NCBI RefSeq assembly: GCF_006345805.1
Contig: NC_042998.1
Span: 154,318,001 to 154,382,000 of the forward strand
From: Octopus sinensis
Lineage: Eukaryota
Length of the DNA: 64,000 nt
Direction of reading: 5' to 3'
Made by a program: the position numbers and the translations under genes. The notes beneath the pieces are model-generated. The model did no database searches. It was not told the origin of the DNA and saw only the letters and a program-made list of their open reading frames with translations. Shown here piece by piece: positions 1-12,761 of this stretch. Position 1 is the first letter of the stretch. Each line of letters starts with the position of its first letter.

Positions 1-102
1 AATGGTGGTGGGAGAAGGGATATCCGGTGTAGGTGGTGTAAACACAGTGTTATCCGGTATTGGTGGTGGGGGTGGGAAAAGGCAGGCGCACCGCGAATGG
101 CG

Positions 103-244
103 AAGTTTTGATTGGGGACAGAGCGGCAGAGATATGGAACTAGGAATGAGAAGAATTAAGCAAAGTTTTGATTGGGGACAGAGCGGCAGAGATATGGAAC
201 AAGGAATGAGAAGAATTAAGCAATCAGGGTTTGATAGGGGACAG
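103..244 (+). repeat. 60-bp tandem repeat (about 2.3 copies)
   Basis: aagttttgattggggacagagcggcagagatatggaac.aggaatgagaagaattaagca starts at 103 and 163, with a partial third copy; the frame is preserved (SFDWGQSGRDME.GMRRIKQ x2). Confidence 0.85.
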
Positions 245-442
245 TACAAATTATGGGAAATAAGAATGTGAGCTGAACGAGGAGGAGCGAATAATATAGA
301 AACAATATCATAGAGAAACGAACAAATTATCATCATACAGAGACAAATAATTATCATAATAAGCTTTACAAGATAGGACTAAAATTAAAAAATTATATTT
401 TGGGGGACCTATATATATATATATATATATGTTTATGTATAT

Positions 443-1498
443 ATCATCATCATCGGTTAGCGTCCGCTTTCCATGCTAGCATGGGTCGGACGGTTCAACA
501 GGGGTCTGGGAAGCCAGAAGGCTGCACCAGGCCCAGTCTGATCTGGCAATGTTTCAATGGCTGGATGCCCTTCCTAACGCCAACCACTCCATGAGTGTAG
601 TGGGTGCTTTTTACGTGCCACCGGCACGGGGGCCAGGCGAGATGGCAACGGCCATGAACGGATGGTGCTTTTTACGTGCCACCAGCACGAAGCCAGTATG
701 GGCGGCGCTGGCAATGGCCATGTTCGGATGGTTCTCTTACGTGCCACCGGCACTGGTACAACAGTTGCAATTTCCATTGATGTTGATCGATTTTGTTTCT
801 GACTTGCCTCAACAGGTCTTCACGAGTAGAGGTTTGTGTCCCCAGATGGAAAGGTACGCATAAGTGGACTGGCACATCCTGGGTTATGGTCTCACTTGTC
901 CTGCAGGGTCTTCTCACGCACAGTACACTTCCAAAGGTCTCGGTCTCTAGTCATGTCCTCAGTGAGACCTAAAGTTCGAAGGTCGTGCTTCACCACCTCG
1001 TCCCAGGTTTTCCTGGGTCTGCCTCTTCCACAGGATCCCTTAACCACTAGGGTATGGCACATTTTCACACATCTATCTTCATTCATTCTTGCCACATGAC
1101 CATACCAGCGCAAATGTCTTTCTTGCACACCACAACTGATGCTTCTTAGGTCCAGCTTTTCTCTCAAGGTACTTACACTCTGTCAAGTATGAACACTGAC
1201 ATTACACATCCATCGGAGCATACTGGCTTCATTTCTTGCAAGCTTATGCATATCCCAGTGAAACATGGGCCGTGACTTATGGACCCGGTAGAAGGCGGGC
1301 GCATGGCCGCCGCTATCGGCCGTTGCATGCACCGGCCGCAGTACACACGCGTCATACAGTCTGCCTTTTACTCTGAGCGAGAGGCCTTTTGACACACGCG
1401 TCATACAGTCTGCCTTTTACTCTGAGCGAGAGGCCTTTTGACACCAGCAGAAGTAAGAGGTCTCTGAACTTTGCCCAAGCTGTTCTTACTCTAGCAGT

Positions 1499-1502
<4 letters not shown>
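443..1502 (-). mobile_element. 5'-truncated RTEX-type LINE (ORF2 C-terminus, 3' UTR, (GAT)n tail)
   Basis: Minus-strand LRWYGHVARMNEDRCVK...GRGRPRKTW and [13 protein letters not shown]; reverse complement of the 3' end seen at 13740-14799; (ATC)n tail at 443-454; flanked by (TA)n. Confidence 0.9.
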
Positions 1503-1560
<58 letters not shown>

Positions 1561-1597
1561 TATAAGAATATATATATATATATACACACATATAAGA

Positions 1598-1644
<47 letters not shown>

Positions 1645-1741
1645 CATATATAAGAATATAGAAGGATATATATATATATAAGAATATACATATATATATA
1701 TAAAAATATATACATATATATAAAAATATATACATATATAA

Positions 1742-1776
<35 letters not shown>

Positions 1777-1820
1777 CACACACACACATAAACACACACA
1801 CACATACATATATATATATA
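1503..1820. repeat. Compound (TA)n/(CA)n microsatellite with interspersed AAGAAT units
   Basis: Seen directly in the sequence. Confidence 0.95.
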
Positions 1821-4488
1821 TCTGCCCACCGGATGCCCCAAATCACACAGGCATGTTTGAAGACTGCCTAACAAAAATAGAAGAAGTTCTCACCAACCTG
1901 GAACAACACAACAGTGTATTCTTCATGGAAGACTTTAACTTCCCCAATGTGGAATGGCCTGGGGGGGCAGATGCTCCAAGGGATGACACACCATCAGCAG
2001 GCACAGGCAGAGTCCCTGCTCCATCTCACAAATGCCTCTTTCATGGAGCAAATAGTGCTGCAACCAACAAGGGCAAATAATATACTGGATCTCTGCTTCA
2101 CCAACAATATGGATATTATCCATAATGTTAAAGTGATCGCGACAATGATCTCGGATCACAACATAATAGAGCTGTCTATGTATTGACAAAAAGCATCCGC
2201 AGACACACAGCCTATACGAAGCATCCACAATCTCTCCAAATTAAACTTTCATAAAGCAAATTGGAAGTTGATTGAGAAAGAGATCCTCAAACAGGATTGG
2301 CCTAAATGTCTCCCCACACCAGACATTGACATGAAACACAAACGCTTCATGTCCATAATACAAGCCATATGTGACAAATATGTCCCAGTGTGCAGGGCCA
2401 GCACACACAAAAACAGGATCCCTAGAGAGAGGAAGATTCTTATGAGATGACGGACAAGGATTGTTAACTGCCTGAGCAAGCACACTAAAAGTGGTGAGAA
2501 GTCTCGGCTCAAGAGAAAGCTAATGAAAATTGAGAAAAGTCTGAAAAGGAGAGAGCAGATAAAGAAGCTTGGGTAATAGAAAATATAAAATCAAACCCTA
2601 AAGCTTTCTTTAAGTTTGCCATAGAGACAGCCACAGTAGACCAGAGAATAGCACCTCTCTTGTAAAAAGATGGCTCCCTCACAGGAAATCCCACGAGGAT
2701 AAGTGAAATACTGAACGGACAGTTCCATAGTTTGTTCACTACACCTCCAGGACACAGGCAAGTAAACAACCCAGAAGAATTCTTTGCCACTTTACCTGTG
2801 ATCAAAGAGGCAAAAATTGATCACACTGGCCATAGATGAGATTGACACAAACTCAGCTGCTGGACCTGATGGATTTCCAGCGATCCTTCTCAAATCATGC
2901 AAACGAACACTTGCAAAACAGCTACAGCTTCTTTTTCAGAGCTTTCTTGCAAGTGGTAAGCTCCCAGTCAAATTGAAAGAGGGAGTAATATGCCCTATCC
3001 ATAAGGGAGGAAGCAGAGCAGATGCTAAAAATTATAGGCCTATCTCCCTGACCTCACACATCAGCAAGGTCATAGAACGAATAGTCCGCAAGAAACTAAT
3101 CATGTTCCTTGAAGAAAATGACTTGCTGACTGACACCCAGCATGGATTTCAACCAGGTAGAAGCTGCCTAACACAGCTCCTGCAACATTATGACTGGGTG
3201 TTAAAACAGCTACTAAATGGCTCAAATGTGGATGTGATATATCTCGACTTTGCAAAAGCCTTTGATAAAGTATGATTTGTCACTAACTGCGTGGTCTCGG
3301 CATAGGCGGAAAACTTGGAGAGTGGCTGCACAACTTCCTAAAAGATAGAAGGCAGGCAGTTGTTGCCAATGCAGCCACCTCCAAGGAAACACAAATAACA
3401 AGCGGTGTTCCACAGGGAACTGTCTTGGGGCCACTGCTGTTCATAGTGGCCCTTTCAGACATGCCTTCAGTTGCTAAGATGGCCACCCTTGCTAGCTATG
3501 CAGATGACACAAAAGTCTCCCACACAATACAAAACCCTGGAAATATTGCACATCTGCAACAGGAGTTGGATACAATATACAGGTGGGCTGAGGACAACAA
3601 CATGCAGTTTCATGCAGCTAAGTTCCAGGCCCTGCGCTACCGGCACTCAAAGGTAAATGACATGCAGACTGGATACACTGGCCCGGGAAAAGTTGTAATT
3701 CCTGAGTCAAAATCAGTGCGTGACCTGGGCATTGACATGAGCAATGATGCATCATTCCAAGTGCATATTACTAATTTGGTAATAAAATGCAGACAGCTAG
3801 CTGGATGGATTCTCCGAACTTTCAGAACAACAAGGAGACACTGATGGTCCTGTGGAAAACTTTCGTCCTCAGCCGCTTGGACTACTGCTCCCAACTATGA
3901 TCACCACACAATATAAAGCTAACAGCAGAACTCGAAGCAATTCAAAGAAGCTACACAAAGAAGATCGTCTCAATGCAACATATCAGCTACTGGGAAAGAC
4001 TGAAAGTATTAAAACTCTTCTACCTAGAGTGAAGGCGGGAGAGATATGCAGTGATATGCATCTGGAAAATCCTGGAGGGTCTTGTCCCAAACTCTGGCAT
4101 TCAAAGTTACCCCAACCGCAGAACGGGGCGCCACTGCATGGTGCCAAAGATTCCAGCATCACCATCAAAATACAGGACCAGATACTGCAACAGCTTGGGT
4201 TTCAGAGGACCACAGCTCTTCAACATCCTCCCTAAATGCCTGAGAGACTTGCATGGTGTGGATGTGGATTTCTTTAACACTAAACTGGATCTCTTCTTGT
4301 CAGGGGTCCCAGATGAACCTACCTCTCGACAGGAGACACAGATGTGGGCAGTGGCATCGAACTCCCTTGTTGACCAAGTGCCACGTATCAGAGGTGAATT
4401 CACATACTAGTGTAGCTCATTCAGCAGTGGTGCTCCAGCATGGCCGCAGCCTTTGGGCTGAAACGTTTTTAAGGATTTAAGGATTTAT
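1821..4488 (+). mobile_element. Degenerate CR1-clade LINE, 5'-truncated (APE C-terminus + RT + tail)
   Basis: DFNFPNVEW, PTRANNILDLCFTN, AAGPDGFP, NYRPISLTS, QHGF, DFAKAFDKV, GVPQGTVLGPLLF and YADD are split over several frames; tail gtggtgctccagcatggccgcagc...ctgaaac then (aaggattt)n. Confidence 0.92.
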
Positions 4489-4538
4489 AAATATATATAC
4501 AGAGATATATAAGAATATATGTACACACATATATAAGA

Positions 4539-4578
<40 letters not shown>

Positions 4579-4849
4579 ATATATATATATATATATATAC
4601 ATATATATCAATATCAATAATACAGTGATTGTTTCTTGTCAGGAACAGAAAAATTAATAGGACTGCTATAGAAGTGTTCTATTGAAAGAAACAAAATTTT
4701 TTTTTTTTCTCGCACCTTATTATTATGCTTGTACAGATGAATTATGTTCCATCTTGTGGGATGTTTATATGTATATTCTATGATTAAATGTTCGAATTAT
4801 GAAATGCTATGCGGATGACCTTGCATTTGTTTGTTCAATAACTTTAGTT

Positions 4850-4901
<52 letters not shown>

Positions 4902-5777
4902 TGTTGTGAGTTCAATTTAAGGACAGTTGGTTGCGACCTACTTTTGGAATAAACCCATTGTTCTGTCAGATTCACAAAGGAGTAATGAGCTTTTAGGGGA
5001 CCTTTGGCCTTGTGCCGGTCAAGGAAAGTTCGAGGAAACCCCTTAAAAAGCAAAGAGATGTGAGTCTGTTAGCCAGTCGAAGACTGAGCAAGTGAGTAAC
5101 AGGTTGTTTCTGCTGTGACAGATGAAAGACAGGCAGAGGGGATTAAGGAACTGAGAGAGATTGCGGCGAGAGGGCTTGGCAATTACAGTAGTAATCGTCT
5201 GAAATTGTTGCAGACGGAAAGTCCGGTAAAGTTTTGTTTGTGTCTTTTGGCTGTTGTTGACGGTATATGTTTAATTATGTTTTGATATGTGAAGAAAAAG
5301 AAGGAAAGAGTAAAAAGAAAGAACAATGCTAAAGGCTGAAATGCTAAAGAATTGAACAATGTGAATTGAGTAAAGGACTTGATGTGTTATAAAGACAAGA
5401 AAAGAACTATGAACTGTATCGTTGTTTTGAATTGATCTGATTTGAACATTAGAGTGTTGTGACATGTACTGTTTAAATGCTGTTGTTTTATTGCATCTGC
5501 ATGCTTTGATCTGTTGCATGTATTTTCTTTGATTTATTTGATTTGTTGTATACCTGTTGTTTTTTTTAAATGTATTTGATGTTGTAATGATTGTCATAAA
5601 CTAGTGTTAAATGTAGCCAATTGCCTTCCGCCGTATCTCTGTATCTCTTCCTTCCTGTTTGTTGTTGTCGTCATTCTCTCCGGTCGCCGGTTCAAGTTCG
5701 TCGCTGCCATTCCCCCACCGAGTCCTCTCTGTGTGGCGAATTCTCCGTTCGACTGAGCTAGGTGGGATTCCATAACA
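4902..5777 (+). mobile_element. Solo LTR (Gypsy-like), 876 bp, TSD ATAT
   Basis: Starts TGTTGTG (4902) and ends CATAACA (5777); ATAT on both sides; homologous in reverse orientation to 10407-11406; TATA-like TTAAAAAG at about 5043. Strand is inferred from that motif only. Confidence 0.75.
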
Positions 5778-5820
5778 ATATAGATATATATAAGAATATA
5801 TATATATATATATATATATT

Positions 5821-8095
5821 CTTTTCTTGTTTCAGCTCAGAGCTGCGGCCATGCTGATGCACCGCCATTTTGTGCTACACTGTTATTACGAAGAACCTCC
5901 TCTAATATGTGGCACTTGGTGAAGAATGGCGTTTGATATAGCTACTCTCATTTGCACCTCTTGCCGTGAGGTAGGTTCATCTGGGACTCTCGACAGGAAG
6001 ATGTCCAGCTTTGATTAAAAAAGCGCTACATCTACTTTGTGCAAGTTCCTCAGACTCTTTGGGAAAATAATAAAAAGCTGTGGGCCCTTGAAACCCAGGC
6101 TGTTGCAGAAGCTGGTCCTGAAGCGTGATGGCATTGCTGGTATCTTTGGCACTATGCAGTGTCGTCCCGTTCTAGCATTGGTGTAGCTTACAATGCCAAA
6201 ATTTCGTAAAATTCCTTCCAGTATCTTCCAGACATATATCACTGCATACCTCTCCCATCTTCTTTCCAGGGAGTAGAGTCTTAGCTGTTTCAACCTTTCC
6301 CAGTAGCTGAGCTGTTGCAAAGAGACGATCTTCTTTGTGAATCTTCTCTGGATTGCTTCAAGGTCCGCTGTTAATTTTACACTGGTGGGTGACCATAGCT
6401 GTGAGCAGTAATCCAGGTGGCTGAGGACGAATGTCTGCCAGAAGACCATCATGGTTTCTTTATCTCTGGTTCTGAATGTTCTTAGGATCCATCCAGCCAG
6501 TCGTCTGCACTTTGTCGCCATCCTGGTAATGTGCACTTGGAAAGAGGTATCCTCACTCATGTCGATACCCAGGTCCCTCACAGATTTAGGCTCTAGGATT
6601 GAAATTCCCTCTGGAACGGTGTATCCTGCAAGTTTAATATTCAGTTTTGGATGCTGGTAGCACAGGGCCTGGAATTTTTCAGCATTAAACTGCATATTAT
6701 TATCCTCAGCCCATCTGTAGATTGAGTCCAACTCCTGCTGCAGGTGTGCAACATCGCTGGGGTTCTATTTTCTGCGAGACTTTCGTATCATCTGCATAGC
6801 TTGCCAGAGTGGATATCTGGGCATTTAAGGGCATATCTGAGAGGGCCACTATAAAAAGCAGTGGTCCCAAGACAGTGCCCTGTGAAACACTGCTCACTAT
6901 TTGTGTGTTCATAGAGGTGGCTCCATTAGCAACCACTGCCTGACTCCTATCTTTCAGGAAGTCATGTAACCACTCTAAGTTTTCCAGCTATGCCAAGGTC
7001 ATGCAGTTTGTGGCATATCATACCATGATCCACTTTGTCAAAAGCTTTTGAAAAATCAAGGTATATTATGTCCACATTTGATTTGTTGAGTAACTACCTC
7101 AACACCCAGTCATAATGTTGTAAGAGCTGGGTCAGGCAGCTCCTACCTGGTTGAAAACCATGCTGGGTATTACTCAGCAAGTCATTTTCTTCAAGGAATG
7201 CGATTAGTTTCTTTCTGACTATCCGTTCCATGACTTTGCTGATGTATGAAGTCAGAGAGATAGGCCTATAGTTTTTGGCATCTGCTCTACTTCCCCCTTT
7301 ATATATTGGGCATATCTTGTAGTGTACTGAGACTGTTTCTTTTGCGTAATGAAAGAAGGCCTTTGGGTTTGATTTAATGTTTTTTATAACCCAGGCTTCT
7401 TTGTCTGCTTTCTCCCTCACATAGGATTGTTGCAGCCTTTTTTCGATCTCCATCAGTGTTGTTTTTAGGTGGGATGTTTCGCTACTTTTGGTTGAGACAA
7501 TTTGCAACCTTCGTCCGTCATCTCATGAGGATCTTCCTGTCTCTTGGAATCTTGCTCCTATTTGTTTTGGCCTTGTGCTCTGGGACATATTTCTGGCATA
7601 TGGCTTGCACAGAAGACATGAAACATTCTAGTTTCATGTCAATGTCTGGTGTGGAGAGACATTCCGGCCAGTCCTCTCTGAGGATCTCTTTTTGGATCGA
7701 TTTCCAATCTGCTTTGTGGAAGTTCAGATTGGAGAGATTTTGGGTGCTTCCTTTAGGCTGTATGTCTCTGGTTACTTTCGGCCCAAGCATAGACAGCTCT
7801 ATTATGTTGTGATCCGAGACTAATGTCGGTGTCACTTTCACATCATGAATGATGTCCATATTGTTCGTGAAGCAGAGATCCAGAATGTTATTCGCCTTAG
7901 TTAGCTGTCATTCCCCTTACTTAGCTGTCATTCTAATGACGTGACCATATTTCTGATGGGTGATTTCAACTTCCCCAACGTCAAATGGCCCGAAGGTCTC
8001 ATACTCTCAGGAATGAATCATTGCAAGCAAGTACAGGTGGAGTCCCTGCTCAACCTCACCAATTGCCTTATTCATGGAGCAAGTTGTCCTCAAAC
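5821..8095 (-). mobile_element. CR1-clade LINE with inverted 5' segment (7903-8095 on + strand)
   Basis: Minus ORFs carry NYRPISLTS, QHGF, QGTVLGPLLF, YADD and the CR1 C-terminus; tail at 5821-5870. The + strand 7965-8095 encodes GDFNFPNVKW...FMEQVVLK, which directly precedes PTKANNILDL on the minus strand at 7902. Confidence 0.9.
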
Positions 8096-10011
8096 AAAGC
8101 TTTAATTTTTGCTAGAAGATACCCCAACATTAGCATGAAAGAAATTAAGGTTATTTTGGCAGCAAGAAAAACGGTTATAGAATTCAATAATAAATTATGG
8201 GCTAGGAAGGATACGCCCCATTTATTTGACATTACAATGGGTTCACCGGATTCAGCAGAAACAACCGATTTAGTAGGGATTATTAGATAATCTAAGTAGA
8301 GAATTCCCTGAATTGAATGGCAGCCTCTATAGAGACAACACTTTGGTTTTAGTTAAGAATATATCTAGCAGAAGACTGGAAATACTTAAGAAACGACTGC
8401 ACAAATTTTTTAAGAGTTTCAGATTATCAATCACTATTGAAAATGAGAATTATTCTGTTAATTACTTAGATGTTAAATGTAACCTCAATTGTGGACTTCA
8501 TGAACCTTATGTAAAACAAAATTCTAATCTAGTATATATAAATAACTCTAGTAATCACCCCCCCACACACACACAAATTAAAAGGTCACTATTGCTTAGC
8601 ATTAGTAAAAGAATTTCTAACCTTTCCTCGAATGAAGATATATTTAATAGACATAGTGAAAAGTATAACTCCGCATTACATAAGGTAGGATATAATGGTA
8701 AAATAAAATATATCCCTAATAATAGCCTCAACGATAGAAATAAGTTAACAACTACTAATAAACATGGGTTGGACAAGCTTAATGACAATTCAAATAAAAG
8801 GAACAATAGCGAATATAATAATAATATGAATGGAAATAATACTAGTAATGGTATAAACAGGATCATATATTAAATGTTAATAATTACAATATTAATAATA
8901 ATAATAATAGAAATAGTAAAGCTTATTTGAACCATTGTAACAATAATAACTATGATAAGGCATTTAGTCATAATTTTAATAATATAAATTATAGAAAGTA
9001 CAGGGGAAATAAGAATAGGGTATTTGTTAATAATATGGATAAGGCGTGTAATCAATATAGCAGTACTGATACACTGTGGTTAATAATTCCATATGCTATG
9101 GAATTAAAACTAACATAGTTGGAAATATTTTCAATTTAATAAACAAGCATTTTAGTAAGGGAAAGAACAAATATTGTGACATAATTAATAATAAAACAAT
9201 TAGAATAGGATACAGCCTTACTCATAATTTGGCTACCATCATATCCTCAATTAATAATAGAAAACTTGATTATTTCTATCTAAATAGAAATAATAATTTA
9301 GGTAGCAGTAATGTGTCTCACTATCACTTAAGATTTAATAATTATAGCAGTGCGAGTAATAGTAATCTTAATGGAGGCAATAGTAGTAGTAATGCTGTAA
9401 CGAATAATAACACAGATAGTATTCATGGTATTAGTATTAATAACACTACTGATAATAATAATAATAATAATGTAAAATATAACCTGCCGTTGAATATGGG
9501 AATAATTAGTGATAATGATAATAATAATGTTGCTAGGAATGCAGCAGCTAGTGGTCATAATAAAGTTAAACATTTACAACTAGATAATAGATGCAATTGT
9601 AGAATAAAGGAAAATTGTGTGTTCAATAATGAATGCTTGAAAAAGGAGGCGGTTTACCAATGTATAGTAAGTACACAATATGATAATAGGGTATATATTG
9701 GTGCTACTAAGAATAATCTGAAACAGAGACTTAATTATCATAGATACACTTTTAAGAATAAGAATAGGATTAATTCTACAGGGTTAAGAGCATATATTTG
9801 GGAGCTTAAGGACAAAAATATCAATTATAACTTGCAATGGAAAATACTTACATCTGCACCAGCGTATAATAATAGGAATAGAAAATGCTCTTTATGCATT
9901 AATGAAATTTTCTTTATAATTAAGGCTAATTTACCTATTATTAATAATCTTAAGGAACAAAATGTTTCATGCCTTCATAGACTAGCGTATACTTTCTCTG
10001 GATACAAATAA
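8096..10011 (+). mobile_element. Penelope-like element (RT + GIY-YIG), Naiad-like, frameshifted, 5'-truncated
   Basis: MGSPDSAETTDLVG, LYRD, SNHPP, CNCRIKENC...C linker, VYQC...VYIGATKNNLKQRLNYH (GIY-YIG), KCSLCINE...SCLH C-terminus; Asn-rich linker. Confidence 0.85.
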
Positions 10012-10189
10012 TACTTAGTTCTAAATACCATTCAAAATAGACATAAATAGTTGTTAAAGGCTTATTTACTTCATTTTTTTAAGGATACTAAATTGTAATG
10101 AGTTATGGGCATATTATTTTTGTATATCTATGTATAAGTGTATATGTATAACATAAGTATTTGAATATTTGTGCATGTATATATTTTGA

Positions 10190-11625
10190 TATAAGGTTTT
10201 TTTTTGTGCATATTTGTATTTTTATACTGGCCTTTATTTTTATGTATATTGATATATATTCACTTTTGAATTTCAGTATATTGTTATGTACATAGTATGA
10301 GTCAATGTACTAAACATATAGTGGTCACTTTTGGATTTGTATATGTGTGGATACATGAGTATATGTACATATATATAATTATTTATTCATGTAGGTTTAT
10401 TTGTATTGTTACGAATACCTGCCGTCACTCGGGACCCTACCAAGTCGAGCGACGACGATCGACCGGCTCAATCGATCGGTGAATTCGCCACGGAAAGAGA
10501 GAATTCGGTGGGGGAAGGTGGCAGCGAACTCGGCAACTGGCGACCGGAGACAATAACAACAACAACAGGAAGAGATACGGAGAGACACGGCGGAAAGCAG
10601 ATTGGCTTACGTTTAACAACAGTTTATGACAATTACAACATCAAATACAATGTAAAATACATCAGGTACATCAAAGAGAATAACATGCAACAAAATTAAC
10701 AAGATCAAAGCATGCAGGTACAATACAGTCCGGAGACAACAGTTCAGATCAAATTAAAACAAATAATGTTCACATTAACGATACAGTTCAAATTGATGCA
10801 ATGTTCTACATTAGAGTCTTTCTCTTTCTTTTTCAACAACTCTGCAACACAATTCACAATGTTCTTTATAATCTCATTTCTTTAATTCAGTACTTCTTCC
10901 TCCTTTTTTCCACATCAATCTTTTACATTTCAACAATTCTTTTTCCTTCTTTAACACATCAAAACATAAACAAACATACCGTTACGAGCTACTACAAATA
11001 GCCAATGCCTTCACGCCGTAATCTCCCTCACCTCCTCAATCCTCTGTGTATGTCTTTCTCAACGTTGTCGTTGCCTCTCGCTCTTCTTAATCCTATCTGC
11101 CTGTCTTCCTCTACGCTGTCATTCTCTCACTGTCTGTCTGTCTTTCGCCAACTGAACTCCTAAACTGCCCTGTTACCAATTCACTGTCTCCGGCCGAACT
11201 GTTTTACAAACTCCCAGCTCCCGCTTTTTAAAGGGTAGCTTCCTCGACCCTTCTTTGACCGGCACAGGGTCGAAGGTCTCTTCAAAAGTCATCACTCTCT
11301 CCAGAAAATGGCAGAACAAAGGACAATAACTTTATATCCCAGACTTCAAGACTACAAACTAGCAAAAGTAGTTCATAGCACTGTTTCCGAATTGACCTCC
11401 ATATCAGTATGAATGAATGCGGTGGTCTTTAGTATTATTGTGTTTTTTCTGTATGTACATATTTCTATTTTTTATATACTGATACTTGTTCATATTTATA
11501 CCTTTATATTTATGTTTATTGTTAAGTATTCAATTTTGGTTTTCAGTATATGGTTATGCACTTAGTATGAGTCAATGTACTAAACATATTGTGGTCACTA
11601 ATAGATTTACATATGTGTGGATGCA

Positions 11626-11699
<74 letters not shown>

Positions 11700-12760
11700 T
11701 TATTTTTTATATTTATTTATATTTTTTTACATATTCATGCTTGTCTATTTGTGTACATGCATGTGATAGTTTTAAGTATTATTTTATGTTATCTTCTTGT
11801 ATATTAGATATTATATATGGACTTCAGTACACATTTGTATAGGTGATGTTTGTACTGGTCTGTAAGTATGTAGGAATATATGTGTGTATATATCGATGTA
11901 TATATGTATGTATGAGTGTTTATATGTAAGTGTATATATGTATGTGTGTATATATATGTATAGGTGTATTGTATGGCAATGTATATGGGTGCATATTGAC
12001 ACATATGTTTTTGCATGTAGTAGGACTTTTACTAGCACTGCTATTTATTTTTTTTCACATTTAACTATGCTGTGTAATTGTTTTGTGATTATTACATGTG
12101 TGTGTATTAGTATATACTCCTACATGCTTGAACTGGTTTGTGTATTTTTCTATGTATATATACCCCTTTCATTGATACTAATCGGATTGAACTTCTAATG
12201 TTTGCCTTTTGTATCTATCTATTCTTGTTTAATTGTAGGCATACCTATTGGGGTTAATTTTTACAGGCATCCATATATTTATTGAGGCAGAAATGGAGAT
12301 GTATCAATATACGTGTTTGGATTAGTGTGCTTGTAGGAATAAGTATGCATTGTATATGTATAGCTGGTTTTGTTTATATGATGCATAAATAATGTGAGGC
12401 TGTGTTGTCCATCGAATGATTTTGGGTTTAAATTTACTTATATGTGCATGTATGTATAAATGCAAGTCGTGGGTGGAAAATAATTCGGTGGACTTTGTTG
12501 TTTATTTACGTATTGCATAATGATATGTAAGCTTGTATTTTCAATCATTTACTTTTTGGTGTTAGTATACCTTGATGTGTATGTATGTATAAATGTAATT
12601 TGTAAGTGTAAGATAAGATAATAGATATATAATTATTTTTTTGTTTACTTAACACGTAACCATACGACCGTATGTAAGTTTGCGTCATCAATCGTTTAAT
12701 TTTTTTGGTTTTAATATACTTTGATGTGTATGTATGTATGAATGCATTTCCATATATGTA
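10190..12760 (+). repeat. AT-rich duplicated downstream/pseudo-LTR sequence of the Penelope-like element (interrupted by the solo LTR)
   Basis: The block ...agtatgagtcaatgtactaaacatat.gtggtcact... occurs at about 10293 and about 11563; further ~150-bp degenerate repeats at 12430-12760 continue after 14800. Confidence 0.55.
10407..11406 (-). mobile_element. Solo LTR (Gypsy-like), 1000 bp, TSD GTAT
   Basis: TGTTACG at 10407 to CATATCA at 11406; GTAT at 10403-10406 and 11407-11410; aligns as the reverse complement of 4902-5777. Confidence 0.8.
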
Positions 12761-12761
12761 A

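Noticed and set aside
1352-1874. YIYIYI-type ORFs (also at 11486, 37487-38256, 42784, 53317-54093 and elsewhere)
   Set aside because: Translations of (TA)n/(CA)n microsatellites that lack stop codons; not genes.
8096-10011. Selenocysteine (in-frame TGA) in the Naiad-like elements
   Set aside because: The conserved Cys positions I could read in both copies are not TGA; the TGA in the Neptune-like GIY-YIG (about 54345) is at a position expected to be Arg and fits CpG decay.
4902-11406. One element with inverted terminal repeats (DIRS-like) spanning both LTRs
   Set aside because: Each LTR has its own 4-bp TSD and they are diverged; the interior is CR1 and PLE, with no tyrosine recombinase.
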